From positions 579,740 through 643,739 of the forward strand of contig OY970181.1 of NCBI GenBank assembly GCA_963708045.1: DNA of 64,000 nucleotides, given 5' to 3'. The stretch is from an uncultured bacterium. Its GTDB lineage: Bacteria; Patescibacteriota; Patescibacteriia; CAIQCM01. The notes under the pieces were generated by a model. It ran no database searches and was not told where the DNA came from. It was given only the letters and a program-made list of their open reading frames with translations. A program made the translations under genes and the position numbers. Below are positions 37,325 to 47,371 of the stretch, piece after piece. How positions within the stretch are numbered: position 1 is the first letter of the stretch; each line of letters begins with the position of its first letter.

Positions 37325-37870
37325 ATGAAACAACAAAAAAGCGCGTTTAATTTGATCGTGCTCGCCGCGACCGTTCTCGCCGTTGTAATAATTTTTATTG
37401 CCGCCAAAAAACCAGCTTTGTCACCCGAACAAAGCAAGTTTGCCGAGCTAGTTCTGCCGTTTTCGTCAGAAAAAAAAGTCACGCTTTACTATTCGTCGGT
37501 TGATCAAATAAAATATTGCAACGGCGACGATATGGATAGCGTCGGTTACGGAAAAACATTGGATAAAAAAATTTCTTTTCCTTTGCCAGAATCGCTTAAG
37601 ACCCCTGAAGAAAAATTTTCGTATTTGATGGACGTCGGCGCGAGTTATGTTGGTGGGGCGTCTTCTTGTCCAAGTGCGTTTCTAAAAGATTTGCAGCTGA
37701 AGGTGAAAAATAATGTCGCGTATTTATATAACCCCGGCGGCGGTTGGGCTGGTTTTTCTATCGCGATGTGCGCCTGTGAACCGTTTCTCAACAAAAATCT
37801 TAGCGGTTTGTTTGGCGTTACAAAAACGTCTTGGGATGCTTCGCAAGCCGAATGGGACGCGATTAAATAA
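37325..37870 (+). CDS. Membrane-anchored hypothetical protein
   Basis: N-terminal TM; four Cys in the exported domain. Confidence 0.65.
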   Translation: MKQQKSAFNLIVLAATVLAVVIIFIAAKKPALSPEQSKFAELVLPFSSEKKVTLYYSSVDQIKYCNGDDMDSVGYGKTLDKKISFPLPESLKTPEEKFSYLMDVGASYVGGASSCPSAFLKDLQLKVKNNVAYLYNPGGGWAGFSIAMCACEPFLNKNLSGLFGVTKTSWDASQAEWDAIK

Positions 37871-37902
37871 TTTCTAATCAACAAAAAATAATTAAAATAA
37901 AT

Positions 37903-38631
37903 ATGAAGTTCATTCGCCCAGGTCTAATTATTTTAGCGGCATTTATTTTAACGTATTTAATACCGTCGTTTGCGCCGCTCGCGCTATTTTCCGGTTTTGA
38001 TTTTGCCGCGTCTGTTCTTTTTGCGGCGATTTTCGGCGCCTTTTCAATATTGGCCATTTCGCGCCGCGAACGGCTTAAGGAGACGATTGCAATGGAACTT
38101 AACAAGATTCGCCGCATTTACCATCTTGGAAAAAATTTGTCGGGCGGCGAATATATACGCGCTTGGTTTACTCAGCTCCACGGTTTTGTCTATGAATATC
38201 TTGGTTCGTTTGAAAAAAACTCCATCATAAAATACGACCAAAACAACGCTGCGTTTAGAAAATTGGCATACCACATATATGCCATTCCTGAAATTCGTGA
38301 AGTAAAAGAAGAAGCGTTATATAATGGCTTGCTTAAAGCGGCTGGCGAAGTTTCCGAGGCGCGGCAAAAAGTTAGCAGTCTCCTAAAGGCGCGATTTTAT
38401 TCCAATCACTGGTTTGAACTGCTGATTGCGTTAATTCTTTTTGTCGTCACGATTTTGTCGTCGGCAAGCGATAACACTGGCGCTCGCTTTGTGACCTTTG
38501 CGACTTTATCACTTGGTCTTTTGCTTGCAGAATTTTATTTTGAGCACGATTTTTTGTCCGAAGAAACAGCACGTCATTTAGCCGATGAATACGTTGATAA
38601 TATTGGCCGACTGGAGTTAAAAAGAGAGTAG
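37903..38631 (+). CDS. Four-TM membrane protein (possibly DUF4239-like)
   Basis: 2 TM - soluble helical domain - 2 TM topology. Confidence 0.6.
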   Translation: MKFIRPGLIILAAFILTYLIPSFAPLALFSGFDFAASVLFAAIFGAFSILAISRRERLKETIAMELNKIRRIYHLGKNLSGGEYIRAWFTQLHGFVYEYLGSFEKNSIIKYDQNNAAFRKLAYHIYAIPEIREVKEEALYNGLLKAAGEVSEARQKVSSLLKARFYSNHWFELLIALILFVVTILSSASDNTGARFVTFATLSLGLLLAEFYFEHDFLSEETARHLADEYVDNIGRLELKRE

Positions 38632-38645
38632 TTATTAAAGCGATT

Positions 38646-38676
38646 AAAACTCCTCCGCCTCTGGCGGGGGAGTTTT
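38646..38676 (+). terminator. Intrinsic terminator
   Basis: aaaactcctccgcc-tct-ggcggggagtttt. Confidence 0.75.
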
Positions 38677-38812
38677 GTTTATTGTCACCTTGACAGAAAG
38701 GCTGGGAAATGAGAAAAATAGTGATGCTCTTTTTATTGGACAAATTGCTAAACGCTGCATAGTGCGGTGTTTTGATCTATGTTCGTTCGGAAAGAAAGGA
38801 TCGGGTAGCCAT

Positions 38813-39421
38813 ATGGGTAGCCTGTTCAAACCAAGAATTCGCAAGCTCCGCAGATTTTTTTCAGCCCTGCTTAAAGCTGGGCTTACTTATTCCTTGTTTG
38901 ATGAGATAATCGCGAACCATTCGCTTGCGCTTGCAATGGTTGCGAAGGGTAATGATATTTTCTGGAAGGCGGCTGATGCCTTCACGGTGGTTTTGGTTGG
39001 AATGTTACAACCAGCGTTCGCTGAATTAGAAAATTTATTTGCCTGGGTCAATCCCGCTTATCGCGAAATTCGGTTTTTGCCGACGGTTGAGTTAAAACGC
39101 GCTAAACGAAACAAGCGGTCGGTTACATTCTACTACTTTCGGATGAAGCGGCTCGCGACGACCGCCGAGATCATCGCGGCCATTGAAGCCGCCGGTTTTC
39201 GCCCAGTGCTTTACGAAGAGTTTCTCGCCTTTGTTGGGGCACATCCAAACGAACAGAATAAGTTTCCGATCGCCGCGCTTGGTTCGTTTGCATGGCTTGA
39301 AGGAAAGGTTTGTTACGCTTTTGCCGACGCGCTTGGCAAAGCACGCGGCCTTAACCTTGTCCGCGATTTTGATGGCCGCAAGTGGCTAAGCGATTTCGTC
39401 TTCTTGGTCGCCGAGAAGTAG
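38813..39421 (+). CDS. Hypothetical protein
   Basis: ATG 38813 after AAAGGA; C-terminal GFRPV..EE.LA....HP.EQ.KFPI.ALGS motif resembles a CPR orphan family. Confidence 0.6.
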   Translation: MGSLFKPRIRKLRRFFSALLKAGLTYSLFDEIIANHSLALAMVAKGNDIFWKAADAFTVVLVGMLQPAFAELENLFAWVNPAYREIRFLPTVELKRAKRNKRSVTFYYFRMKRLATTAEIIAAIEAAGFRPVLYEEFLAFVGAHPNEQNKFPIAALGSFAWLEGKVCYAFADALGKARGLNLVRDFDGRKWLSDFVFLVAEK

Positions 39422-39427
39422 CCAACG

Positions 39428-39461
39428 CCCCCACCAAGCACTCGTGCTTAGGTGGGGGTTT
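39428..39461 (+). terminator. Probable intrinsic terminator
   Basis: ccccacc aagcac-tc-gtgctt a ggtgggg tttt. Confidence 0.65.
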
Positions 39462-39540
39462 TCATTTAACAAAAAGTTGGTACTGTCTTGACCAAACAAC
39501 GAAGATTGGTTAGTATTCAAGCACAAGGGTTTAAGCCCTT

Positions 39541-39665
39541 GCCACAGACCGCAGGAAGGCTATATTAAGCCGTTAATTCCGCAAGGATCCTGCCGAGGCA
39601 AAAGGTCGAATCTCCACTTTCAGGTGGAGAATTTGTCTGTGGTGTCTCTAAAAGAGAACCACATA
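39541..39665 (+). ncRNA. Ribosomal protein L10 leader (cis-regulatory RNA)
   Basis: AGACCGCAGG...TTAA...CCTGCCGAGG core directly upstream of rplJ, after TTGACC-N17-TAGTAT (39488-39516). Confidence 0.8.
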
Positions 39666-39672
39666 TTTTTTT

Positions 39673-40197
39673 ATGGCAAAAACTAGATTACAAAAAGAAC
39701 AAACGCTTGCCGACTTAACGGCGGCTTTTGTGTCTTCAAAATCGGCCGTGATCGTGAACTACCAAGGGCTTAAAGTTAAGGAAGCCGAAGAGCTCCGTCG
39801 CAAGGCCGAAAAAGAAGGTATTGGTTACGTTGTCGCTAAAAAGACTTTGATCACCAAAGCGCTTAAGGCGGCCGGAACCGAATACGACGTGACCGCGCTT
39901 GGCGGTATGATCGGCGTCGCAACGTCCAAAGACGAAGTTGCCGCCGCTCGTTTGCTTGCGGAATTTAGCAAGGCACACGAGTCAATGAAGATTTTAAGCG
40001 CGGTTGTTGATGGCAAAATCATTAACGCCATCGGTGTTCAGGCGCTTGCGTCACTCCCGTCGCGTGAAGTTCTTCTTGCCCAGGTTGTTGGCACGATCAA
40101 CGCTCCAGTTTCTGGATTCGTTAATGTTCTTGCCGGCAATCTTCGCGGCCTTATGAACGTTCTTAATTCAATTAAGGACGCTAAAGTCGCCGCCTAA
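39673..40197 (+). CDS. rplJ: 50S ribosomal protein L10
   Basis: YQGLKV..LRR..YVVAKKTL; LASLPSREVLLAQVVG. Confidence 0.97.
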   Translation: MAKTRLQKEQTLADLTAAFVSSKSAVIVNYQGLKVKEAEELRRKAEKEGIGYVVAKKTLITKALKAAGTEYDVTALGGMIGVATSKDEVAAARLLAEFSKAHESMKILSAVVDGKIINAIGVQALASLPSREVLLAQVVGTINAPVSGFVNVLAGNLRGLMNVLNSIKDAKVAA

Positions 40198-40206
40198 TTC
40201 CTTATT

Positions 40207-40237
40207 CTAACCTCTAACCTCTAACCTCTAATCTCTA
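40207..40237. repeat. Heptamer tract filling the rplJ-rplL spacer
   Basis: ctaacct ctaacct ctaacct ctaatct cta. Confidence 0.9.
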
Positions 40238-40242
40238 TAAAT

Positions 40243-40647
40243 ATGTCAGACGAAAAGAAAGAAGTGATCGTTCCTGAAAAGTTCACGTCGATCGTCAAAT
40301 CGATCGAAGAGCTTTCGGTACTCGATCTCTCGGAGCTCGTTAAAACGCTTGAAGAAAAGTTCGGCGTTTCCGCCGCCGCCCCAGCCATGATGATGGCCGC
40401 CGCTCCGGCTGCTGCCGCCGCCGCGGTTGAAGAAAAGTCCGAATTCACCGTTGAACTCACCGACGCTGGCGCGAACAAGATCAACGTGATCAAGGCGATT
40501 CGCGAAGTTACTCAACTTGGTCTTAAAGAAGCCAAGGACATCGTTGACAGCGCACCTAAGGTTGTAAAGGAAGGCGTACCGAAGGCCGATGCCGAAGTCT
40601 GGAAGAAAAAGATGGAAGAAGCAGGCGGCAAGGTAACCTTGAAATAA
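40243..40647 (+). CDS. rplL: 50S ribosomal protein L7/L12
   Basis: [42 protein letters not shown]. Confidence 0.98.
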   Translation: MSDEKKEVIVPEKFTSIVKSIEELSVLDLSELVKTLEEKFGVSAAAPAMMMAAAPAAAAAAVEEKSEFTVELTDAGANKINVIKAIREVTQLGLKEAKDIVDSAPKVVKEGVPKADAEVWKKKMEEAGGKVTLK

Positions 40648-40664
40648 TTTTAAGGAAACCACAT

Positions 40665-40699
40665 AAAAAAATTCTCCGTGAAAACGGAGAATTTTTTTT
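40665..40699. terminator. Bidirectional terminator between convergent genes
   Basis: aaaaaaattctccgt-gaaa-acggagaatttttttt. Confidence 0.9.
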
Positions 40700-40712
40700 G
40701 AAAACTTTCAGC

Positions 40713-42686
40713 CTATTTGGCAATTGAAAACACAAACGTTTTGCCTTTGTCGGTAGCGAGGTAAATATTTTTTGCGGCTTCATCAACGGTAAAGGCAGTT
40801 GGTTTTCCGTTTTCTTCAGGCACAGAATACTGGGCGCTAAGTTTGCCGCTACTAGTCCATTCGGCAATTGTTCCGTCGCCGCCCAAAAGGTAAAGATTGT
40901 TTCCAATGAAAAGCGTTTTTGGGTCAAGGTTGGCCGTGGCGCCCGAGGCGCTAAAAGACGAGCGATTTCCTTTTACAAAATCATAAATCGCGTCGCCGGG
41001 AATGGCGGAAAAGATTGATCCGTCAACGGCGATCGTGGCAATGCCTTTGCCGGTAACTGCGGTTTTAAGCCATGGCGTGCCGCTTCCAAAACCGTTTCCA
41101 CTGGGGTTAATCTTAAGAATTTGTGTGCCATCGGACGTGACAACATACATTCGTCCATTCCAAAAACCGCCCGCGCGCGAGTTGTCTGGGCCGCTATATG
41201 GTAGGGAGGAGGGAATGGGATTTTTAGGATCAAAGGCAAGTAATGTTTTGTTTGATAGCATGAAATAAAGTTTATCGCCGTTTATCGCCGACCAAACCGT
41301 CGTTGCGGGAAAGGTGGCAAGGCTTTTTGCTTTGCCGTCGTTGATCGCGAAAAGATCATTGCCCGACGTGACGTAAAAAGTTCCGCCTAAAGCGAGCATC
41401 GTGGACGGTGTTCCACCAAGGTCGGCAAGAGCGGCGGTTTTGGCGGTGTAAATATGTTTAAGACGGCGAGTCAAATCGTCAAGCCGTGCTTTTAGTGATT
41501 CGCGGTCGGTTTTTTCTTGTTTGGTTTTGTCGGGGAGTTTAGCAAATTCTGTTTCTGCCGAAGCAATAAGATTGGCCGATCTAATCTCGTCGTAAATAAT
41601 ACTGCTTTCGGCTTCGTCGGCGAGGTCGTTTACTTTTTTTATTGAGGCAGTGTAAAGCGCAGCGTCGTTTATCGCGTGCTTTTTTAAGGAAATAACCTCG
41701 GCGCTTAAGAAAAAGATGCCACAGAGTGTGATCGCGACAAGCAGAGAAATTTTTGCCCGACGTGGCAGTTGGTTGACCTTGTCTAAAAATACGCTTGAAG
41801 AGAATTTTTTTGCGAGACGGGGGAATGGTTGCTTATTGTTTTTTTCTTTTGAAGCGATTATTTTGCTAATGACGTTCTGCAATTTTGGAATGCTGGATGG
41901 TTCAAGAACGCGGGCGACTTCTTCTTCGCGCGAAAGCATAGCTTTTACCGAAGGGTTTTCCTGTTTGATTTCTTGCACGCGGGAGGCGCTTAAACGGATA
42001 ATGAGACCAAGCGCTGGATTTGTCGGGCGGTTTTGGAGCGTCATATTCCGCAGGTGTGAACCAAGTGCGGCGGGATCGGCTTCGGTCGTCGTTTGGACAA
42101 AGTCGGCAATCGGGACGGTTTTTGACATCGTCTCGTTCGTAACAAGAATAACATCATCGGGATCCATTTTTCCGGAAACAACCGAAGAAAGCAGACGATC
42201 GTTTGGTTCAATTTCGTCATTAAGACCGCTCAAAATATCAATGACTTTGACGGGTTTACCTTTTCCTCTCCGCATAAAGTAGGCAAAGACGTTGCCATGC
42301 GCCGCAAGGTGAATATTTTCACCCGCAATAACACCAAAAACAAGCTGAACATTTTCTTTGTCCAGTCTGATTCTGTTTTCGGAGGCAACTTCAAAAATTC
42401 GTCTTTCTATTCGGCGCAGAGCATTTTCAAAATATTCCTCTTGGTTTTCTCCGGGGCGAAGCGCGCCCTGTCCGTAGATTGCAATAAGTTCATGGTCAAT
42501 TGCCGCGAGAATTTTATCTACTTGCGGCGTGCGCAGCATATTTAGCTCTACAAAACCAAAAACGCGCCCCAAGGCGGCTTCGCGCTCGCTAGTTAGGGCG
42601 GGGAGGTAAGTGCGGGCGCGAACGGTTGTTTGCTCGCGGCCAAGAGCAACTTCGTCTACCCGTGCGTTGTAGGAAAAAATTGCCAT
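40713..42686 (-). CDS. Membrane protein: degenerate PP2C-like cytoplasmic domain, TM, exported beta-propeller
   Basis: IHLAAHGNVFAYFMRRG..SGKMDPDDVILVTN resembles the PP2C fold without clear metal ligands; TM at ~aa 312-332; NHL-like blades (IAVDGSIF, FTVDEAAKNIY). Confidence 0.6.
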   Translation of the reverse strand: MAIFSYNARVDEVALGREQTTVRARTYLPALTSEREAALGRVFGFVELNMLRTPQVDKILAAIDHELIAIYGQGALRPGENQEEYFENALRRIERRIFEVASENRIRLDKENVQLVFGVIAGENIHLAAHGNVFAYFMRRGKGKPVKVIDILSGLNDEIEPNDRLLSSVVSGKMDPDDVILVTNETMSKTVPIADFVQTTTEADPAALGSHLRNMTLQNRPTNPALGLIIRLSASRVQEIKQENPSVKAMLSREEEVARVLEPSSIPKLQNVISKIIASKEKNNKQPFPRLAKKFSSSVFLDKVNQLPRRAKISLLVAITLCGIFFLSAEVISLKKHAINDAALYTASIKKVNDLADEAESSIIYDEIRSANLIASAETEFAKLPDKTKQEKTDRESLKARLDDLTRRLKHIYTAKTAALADLGGTPSTMLALGGTFYVTSGNDLFAINDGKAKSLATFPATTVWSAINGDKLYFMLSNKTLLAFDPKNPIPSSLPYSGPDNSRAGGFWNGRMYVVTSDGTQILKINPSGNGFGSGTPWLKTAVTGKGIATIAVDGSIFSAIPGDAIYDFVKGNRSSFSASGATANLDPKTLFIGNNLYLLGGDGTIAEWTSSGKLSAQYSVPEENGKPTAFTVDEAAKNIYLATDKGKTFVFSIAK

Positions 42687-42729
42687 AATTGATTATTTAT
42701 TATACCTTGATATAAGCAAATCATCAACA

Positions 42730-43317
42730 ATGCTTGAACACCTTTTTGGTTCAAAAACGCGAGTTCGTCTGCTCCGGCTTTTTCTTCATCATCCTGATGA
42801 CGCTTTTTTTGTACGCGAACTTGCGCGGCGCACCAATATTCAAATGCATGCCGTGCGTCGGGAAATTGATAACCTAATTAAGTTTGGCTTGCTTCTGGAA
42901 GATGTTAAAGCGGTTCCCGCTGAAGGATCTGGCCCCGTCGGCCAGCGTCGTTATTTGCGGCTGAATAAAAATTTTATTTTGTACAAAGAGCTTTACGCTT
43001 TGCTCATAAAATCACAAGTTCTTTTGGAAGAAAATTTTGTAAAAAAGATCCGTGACATTGGCACGATAAAATATTTGGCGCTGACTGGGCGTTTTGTGAA
43101 CGAGCCGGAAATGCCGACCGACTTACTTATCGTCGGACGGGTGAACCGCGATCGGCTGGAGCGGCTAACGCGCGATTTTGAACGCGAGTTTGGCGCGGAA
43201 GTTCGTTTCACAATGTTAACACCTCAAGAATACCAATATCGCCGTCAAGTTGGCGACAAGTTCCTTTACCAGATTTTGGACGGCAAAAAAATTGACGTGG
43301 TCGCTGACGAAATATGA
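42730..43317 (+). CDS. Winged-HTH regulator with nucleotidyltransferase-like C-terminal domain
   Basis: LFGSKTRVRLLRLF..FFVRELAR..AVRREIDNL..G; LTG.F.....TDLLIVG. Confidence 0.75.
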   Translation: MLEHLFGSKTRVRLLRLFLHHPDDAFFVRELARRTNIQMHAVRREIDNLIKFGLLLEDVKAVPAEGSGPVGQRRYLRLNKNFILYKELYALLIKSQVLLEENFVKKIRDIGTIKYLALTGRFVNEPEMPTDLLIVGRVNRDRLERLTRDFEREFGAEVRFTMLTPQEYQYRRQVGDKFLYQILDGKKIDVVADEI

Positions 43318-43673
43318 TGATTGCTTTTGATACAACGGAGCGCGGCGTCGTTCGCGTTCGCCTTGACGATAATGGTAAAATTGTTCGCCGAACACGAAAG
43401 ATGTTCGCTGACGACCTGCTTAATTTTATAGACGCACTCATTAAAAAAAATCGTCCCGTCGCGCTCGCGGTCGTTAATGGACCAGGTGCTTTTAGCGCGA
43501 CTAGGAACGGTGTTGCGATTGGGAATGCTTTAGCGTATGGTTGGGGTCTTCCGATTTCCGCGCTTACCAAAGAACAGTTTGAATCTCCGGCCGAACTTCC
43601 CAAAAAGGGGAGAGCGAGTGTCGCTGTTTACTACGGCGCTTTGCCGAACATTACCGCTAAAAAGAGTAAATGA
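43314..43673 (+). CDS. tsaB: TsaB-like (t6A biosynthesis) protein, short form
   Basis: IAFDTT...LAVVNGPGAFSATRNGVAIGNALA matches the GPGSFTGLRIG signature; only 119 aa. Confidence 0.75.
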   Translation: MMIAFDTTERGVVRVRLDDNGKIVRRTRKMFADDLLNFIDALIKKNRPVALAVVNGPGAFSATRNGVAIGNALAYGWGLPISALTKEQFESPAELPKKGRASVAVYYGALPNITAKKSK

Positions 43674-43682
43674 AACACACGT

Positions 43683-43754
43683 CATGAACCTTGTACCATG
43701 TACCACGTACCATACGGATGGTTCATGGTTCATTGTCCATGGTTCATGTTCCAT
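43683..43754. repeat. Inverted heptamer arrays (CATGTAC / ATGGTTC)
   Basis: catgaac cttgtac catgtac cacgtac cat acgg atggttc atggttc attgtcc atggttc atgttcc at. Confidence 0.88.
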
Positions 43755-43759
43755 AAAAT

Positions 43760-45292
43760 ATGAAACTCACCGACCATCAAAAAATTCGTATCCTAGAAAT
43801 TATCCCCGGCGCGCTTATTTGGGCAACACTCATCGCCGCGGTTGTCCTTTCGTTTATCCGCCCGCTTTGGGTTATTTATTTTATCGTTATTTTTGACGTC
43901 TATTGGCTAATCCGCATCGCTTATTTTGCGATCTTTCTTATTTCATCTTGGCGCATTTATCGGCGAAATTTAAAAATTGATTGGGGAAAAAAGGCGAGCG
44001 AATGCGCGGCGTCGGCCAATCTCAATCATTTAATTTTTTTGCCGACGGTCAAAGAGCCTTATGAAGTTTTAAAAACGACTTTTGAAGCCATTGCCGCTTC
44101 AAAATATCCGCTTGATAAAATAATGATTGTTTTGGGTGGTGAAGAGCGTGTCAAGGATCTTTTTTTGCCAAAAGCCGAACGTTTAGTGCAAGAATATGGC
44201 GATGTTTTTAAAAAAGTTTTCATTACTTTGCATAAAGTAATGCCCGGCGAAATGGTCGGGAAAAGCGCTAATTTAAATTCCGCCGCACGCGAAGTTAAGC
44301 CGCAACTTGAGGCAATGGGGATTAAACCTGAAGATATTTTGGTTTCTTCTTTTGACTGCGACACCATTGTTCACCCGCAATATTTGGCACACCTTACTTA
44401 TGTTTACTGCCAAACACCCGATCCGACCCATAGTTCGTATCAACCGATGGTTGTTTACAATAATAATATTTGGGATGCGCCAGCGGCTTTGCGCGTGGCC
44501 GCTTTTGGCACGACATTTTGGCTAATGACCGAACTTGCGCGACCCGAATTTATGGCGACTTTTTCTTCACACGCAATGCCGTGGAAAATGTTGGTTGACG
44601 TTGGTTATTGGCAAGCTGACATCGTGTCCGAAGATTCGCGAATTTTTCTCCAAGCCTTTGTTCATTATAACGGCAACTATCGCGTAACGCCGCTCTATAT
44701 TCCCGTTTCAATGGATACCGTCGGATCGGATAGTTACTGGGGTTATTTTAAAGGACTTTATAAACAACAGCGTCGTTGGGCGTGGGGTGTTGAAAATTTT
44801 CCTTATCTGGCTTGGGAAATGCGAAAAAAAACGCGGCCTAATTTTCCCAAGGGGAAAAAGTGGTTTATGATTTTTCGCACGCTAGAAGGAATGTATTCGT
44901 GGGCAACGGCGCCGATTTTGATGTTTGTTTTGGGACGCCTGCCGCTATATTTAACGCGCGGCGTTGATCGCGAAGCCGCTTTTGTTCAAAACACGCCATT
45001 TACGCTCCAATATGTGATGACAATCGCGATGGTCGGGACGATAATTGCGATGACGCTGGCAACGAGAATGCTTCCGCGCCGTCCAGAAACGAAAAAACGT
45101 TGGAATTGGATCGTGATGATTTTGCAGTGGGCGCTTACGCCGATTACTTTTGTTGTTTTTGGTTCTTTCCCGGCGATTGATGCGCAAACGCGGTTGATGC
45201 TTGGCGGTCGTTTCCGTTTAGGTTTTAACGTTAGCGAAAAAGCCAAACGCCCCGTTGGAACAATCGCCGCCTTTTCCGAAATTAAAAAATAA
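43760..45292 (+). CDS. Processive-type glycosyltransferase family 2, multi-TM
   Basis: GKSANL, FDCD, SED, QQRRWAWG (D,D,D,QxxRW) with flanking TMs. Confidence 0.9.
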   Translation: MKLTDHQKIRILEIIPGALIWATLIAAVVLSFIRPLWVIYFIVIFDVYWLIRIAYFAIFLISSWRIYRRNLKIDWGKKASECAASANLNHLIFLPTVKEPYEVLKTTFEAIAASKYPLDKIMIVLGGEERVKDLFLPKAERLVQEYGDVFKKVFITLHKVMPGEMVGKSANLNSAAREVKPQLEAMGIKPEDILVSSFDCDTIVHPQYLAHLTYVYCQTPDPTHSSYQPMVVYNNNIWDAPAALRVAAFGTTFWLMTELARPEFMATFSSHAMPWKMLVDVGYWQADIVSEDSRIFLQAFVHYNGNYRVTPLYIPVSMDTVGSDSYWGYFKGLYKQQRRWAWGVENFPYLAWEMRKKTRPNFPKGKKWFMIFRTLEGMYSWATAPILMFVLGRLPLYLTRGVDREAAFVQNTPFTLQYVMTIAMVGTIIAMTLATRMLPRRPETKKRWNWIVMILQWALTPITFVVFGSFPAIDAQTRLMLGGRFRLGFNVSEKAKRPVGTIAAFSEIKK

Positions 45293-45298
45293 TTAGGT

Positions 45299-47269
45299 AT
45301 GGAATCACCGTCTTTTCATCATTTAGGGTCGCCGCCCCCAGCGCGCAAACACAATAATGTTTTAACAGTTATTGTTATCGTTGCCGCAATTTTTGTTTTA
45401 GCAGGCGGCGTTTTTTCCTTCGCCGGTTATCGCGGATACCGCGAAGCAATGGTCGGCCGCGTCGCCGTGCTCGCCGCCGTTGACGAAGCTAAAGGTTATA
45501 ATTTTTCAGCGGCCGCAATTCATTTGCGTGACGCTTCAAAACATTTAGCTGCGGCAAAAAATTATCTTCAACCGCTCGCGCCACTTAGCGTTTTGCCGAT
45601 AGTGGGGAATGACATAAAAGCCGCGCGGCAGATTGTCAGTTCAAGTTATGACGCGGTGCTTGCCTTCTCAAGAATCGCCGACGTCGGCGATAATTTGGTT
45701 AAAGCCTTAAGTGTGGCGCAAGATTTTTCAGCTTCCAATTTAACCATAAAAAATGGCGTTGAAGCATTTTTCCGTTTGCCTGTTTCTGATCGGCAAAAAG
45801 TTTTAGCAACGCTGGACGGACTTAGTGAAAAATTAGATTCGTCTACTAGCCTCATTGGCAAAGCGCTGAGTGGTTTTGAAAATTTGCCGCCGACAAAATT
45901 TCTTTCCTCGCTTTCGGCCTCGCTTAACCCGCTCATTAGCGAACTAAAAAGCGCTCGCGCCGAACTGGATACGGTAAAAAGCGCGGCCGAACTTTTGCCG
46001 GCGCTTTCAGGCTATCCTGTGCCAATAACTTATTTGGTCGTTTTGGAAAACAACACCGAACTCCGTCCAAGCGGCGGCTTTATTGGCCTTCTCGCGAGCG
46101 TTCAAATTAATGCCGGCGGCATTGGCAATATAAAAGCCGAGGATGTTTATGCCGTTGACGGGGCAAACGGCGACAAGCTTAAGACTGTGCCGCCTGCGCC
46201 GCTTGCAAAATATTTGAACGTAAAAAAATGGTTTTTGCGCGACGCTAATTGGTCGCCCGATTTTCCGACGAGCGCCAAAAAAATCGTTGAGTTTTATAAA
46301 ATTGAAAGTGGTCCTGCGCCAATCGCCGGCGTAATTTCCGTTGATATAAATTTTGCCGAGGATCTTTTAAAAATCGTCGGGCCGACCAAAATCGGGGAGT
46401 CGCTTTTTACGGCGGAAAACGCCGCTGATGAAATTGAGTATCAAGTGGAAAAAGGTTTTGATAAAAAAGGCTTGCCGATCGCCCAGCGTAAAGACGTGGT
46501 CATTGGTCTGATTTACGAAATTTTTAAAAAAGCCGTGGCCTTGCCGCCTCAAGATTGGCAAAAAGTTGTTGACGCCCTTCTAAATAATTTAAACGAAAAA
46601 CACGTTCAGATTGCGCCCTTTCTAAATCCCGCCGCCGCTTTTGCCGCGGCACGCGGTTATGACGGCGCGCTTAAGCCGTATGCCGGTGATACGCTGATGC
46701 TGGTTGACGCCAACCTCGCCGCTTTTAAAACCGACGAAGTAATGGATCGCAAAATTGATTACAAAATTGTTCCCTCGGAACGCGGCCTTATTGCGACGGT
46801 AACAATGACGTATAAAAATAACGGGAAATTTAGTTGGAAGACAACGCGCTATCGCGACTACCTGCGTCTTTATGTTCCTTTGGGGAGTTCTCTTATTAGC
46901 TCAACCGGCGCGATGGAGAACGATAAAATTCTTGATCCCAAAAAAACACCTGGCAAAATTGATATTAGCGACGAGCTCGGACGCACGGTTTTCGGCGCTT
47001 TTCTTAGTGTTGAACCGGGCGAAACAAAACAAATTTCTTTCTCTTATCTTTTGCCGGTTTCAATCTTCAATTCGGCAGTGAACGGCGCTTATCAGCTTAA
47101 CGTTATAAAACAAGCCGGAACTTTTGCCGTGCCTTTGACGCTTAGCCTAAATTTTGGTAAGAACATAGCGCAAGCCAACCCCCCCGAAGCGCGGCAAAAC
47201 TGGGGCGACCGTCTTTATTCGTTTGTGACTGACCTTCGTATTAACAGGGAGTTTGTTGTTGGATTTTAA
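45299..47269 (+). CDS. DUF4012 domain membrane protein
   Basis: YLVVLENNTELRPSGGFIG, RDANWSPDFPTSA, RDYLRLYVPLGS. Confidence 0.88.
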   Translation: MESPSFHHLGSPPPARKHNNVLTVIVIVAAIFVLAGGVFSFAGYRGYREAMVGRVAVLAAVDEAKGYNFSAAAIHLRDASKHLAAAKNYLQPLAPLSVLPIVGNDIKAARQIVSSSYDAVLAFSRIADVGDNLVKALSVAQDFSASNLTIKNGVEAFFRLPVSDRQKVLATLDGLSEKLDSSTSLIGKALSGFENLPPTKFLSSLSASLNPLISELKSARAELDTVKSAAELLPALSGYPVPITYLVVLENNTELRPSGGFIGLLASVQINAGGIGNIKAEDVYAVDGANGDKLKTVPPAPLAKYLNVKKWFLRDANWSPDFPTSAKKIVEFYKIESGPAPIAGVISVDINFAEDLLKIVGPTKIGESLFTAENAADEIEYQVEKGFDKKGLPIAQRKDVVIGLIYEIFKKAVALPPQDWQKVVDALLNNLNEKHVQIAPFLNPAAAFAAARGYDGALKPYAGDTLMLVDANLAAFKTDEVMDRKIDYKIVPSERGLIATVTMTYKNNGKFSWKTTRYRDYLRLYVPLGSSLISSTGAMENDKILDPKKTPGKIDISDELGRTVFGAFLSVEPGETKQISFSYLLPVSIFNSAVNGAYQLNVIKQAGTFAVPLTLSLNFGKNIAQANPPEARQNWGDRLYSFVTDLRINREFVVGF

Positions 47270-47270
47270 T

Positions 47271-47363
47271 ATGAAGCATGAAACATAAAGCATGAAACAC
47301 TTTGGTCGCCCCGATGGTCATCGGGTGGTATTAATGCTTCATGTTGCGTGCTTCGTGTTTCAT
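47271..47363. repeat. Inverted heptamer arrays (ATGAARC / RTGYTTC) around a small hairpin
   Basis: atgaagc atgaaac ataaagc atgaaac ... ccgatg gt catcgg ... atgcttc atgttgc gtgcttc gtgtttc at. Confidence 0.88.
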
Positions 47364-47371
47364 TCATAAAT

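Noticed and set aside
43530-43896. Short ORFs with MEHEPWTMNHEP-like peptides, and N-terminal extensions at 5083, 11746, 47348, 48439, 49730 and 55557
   Set aside because: They are translations of heptamer or palindromic repeats, not credible protein sequence.
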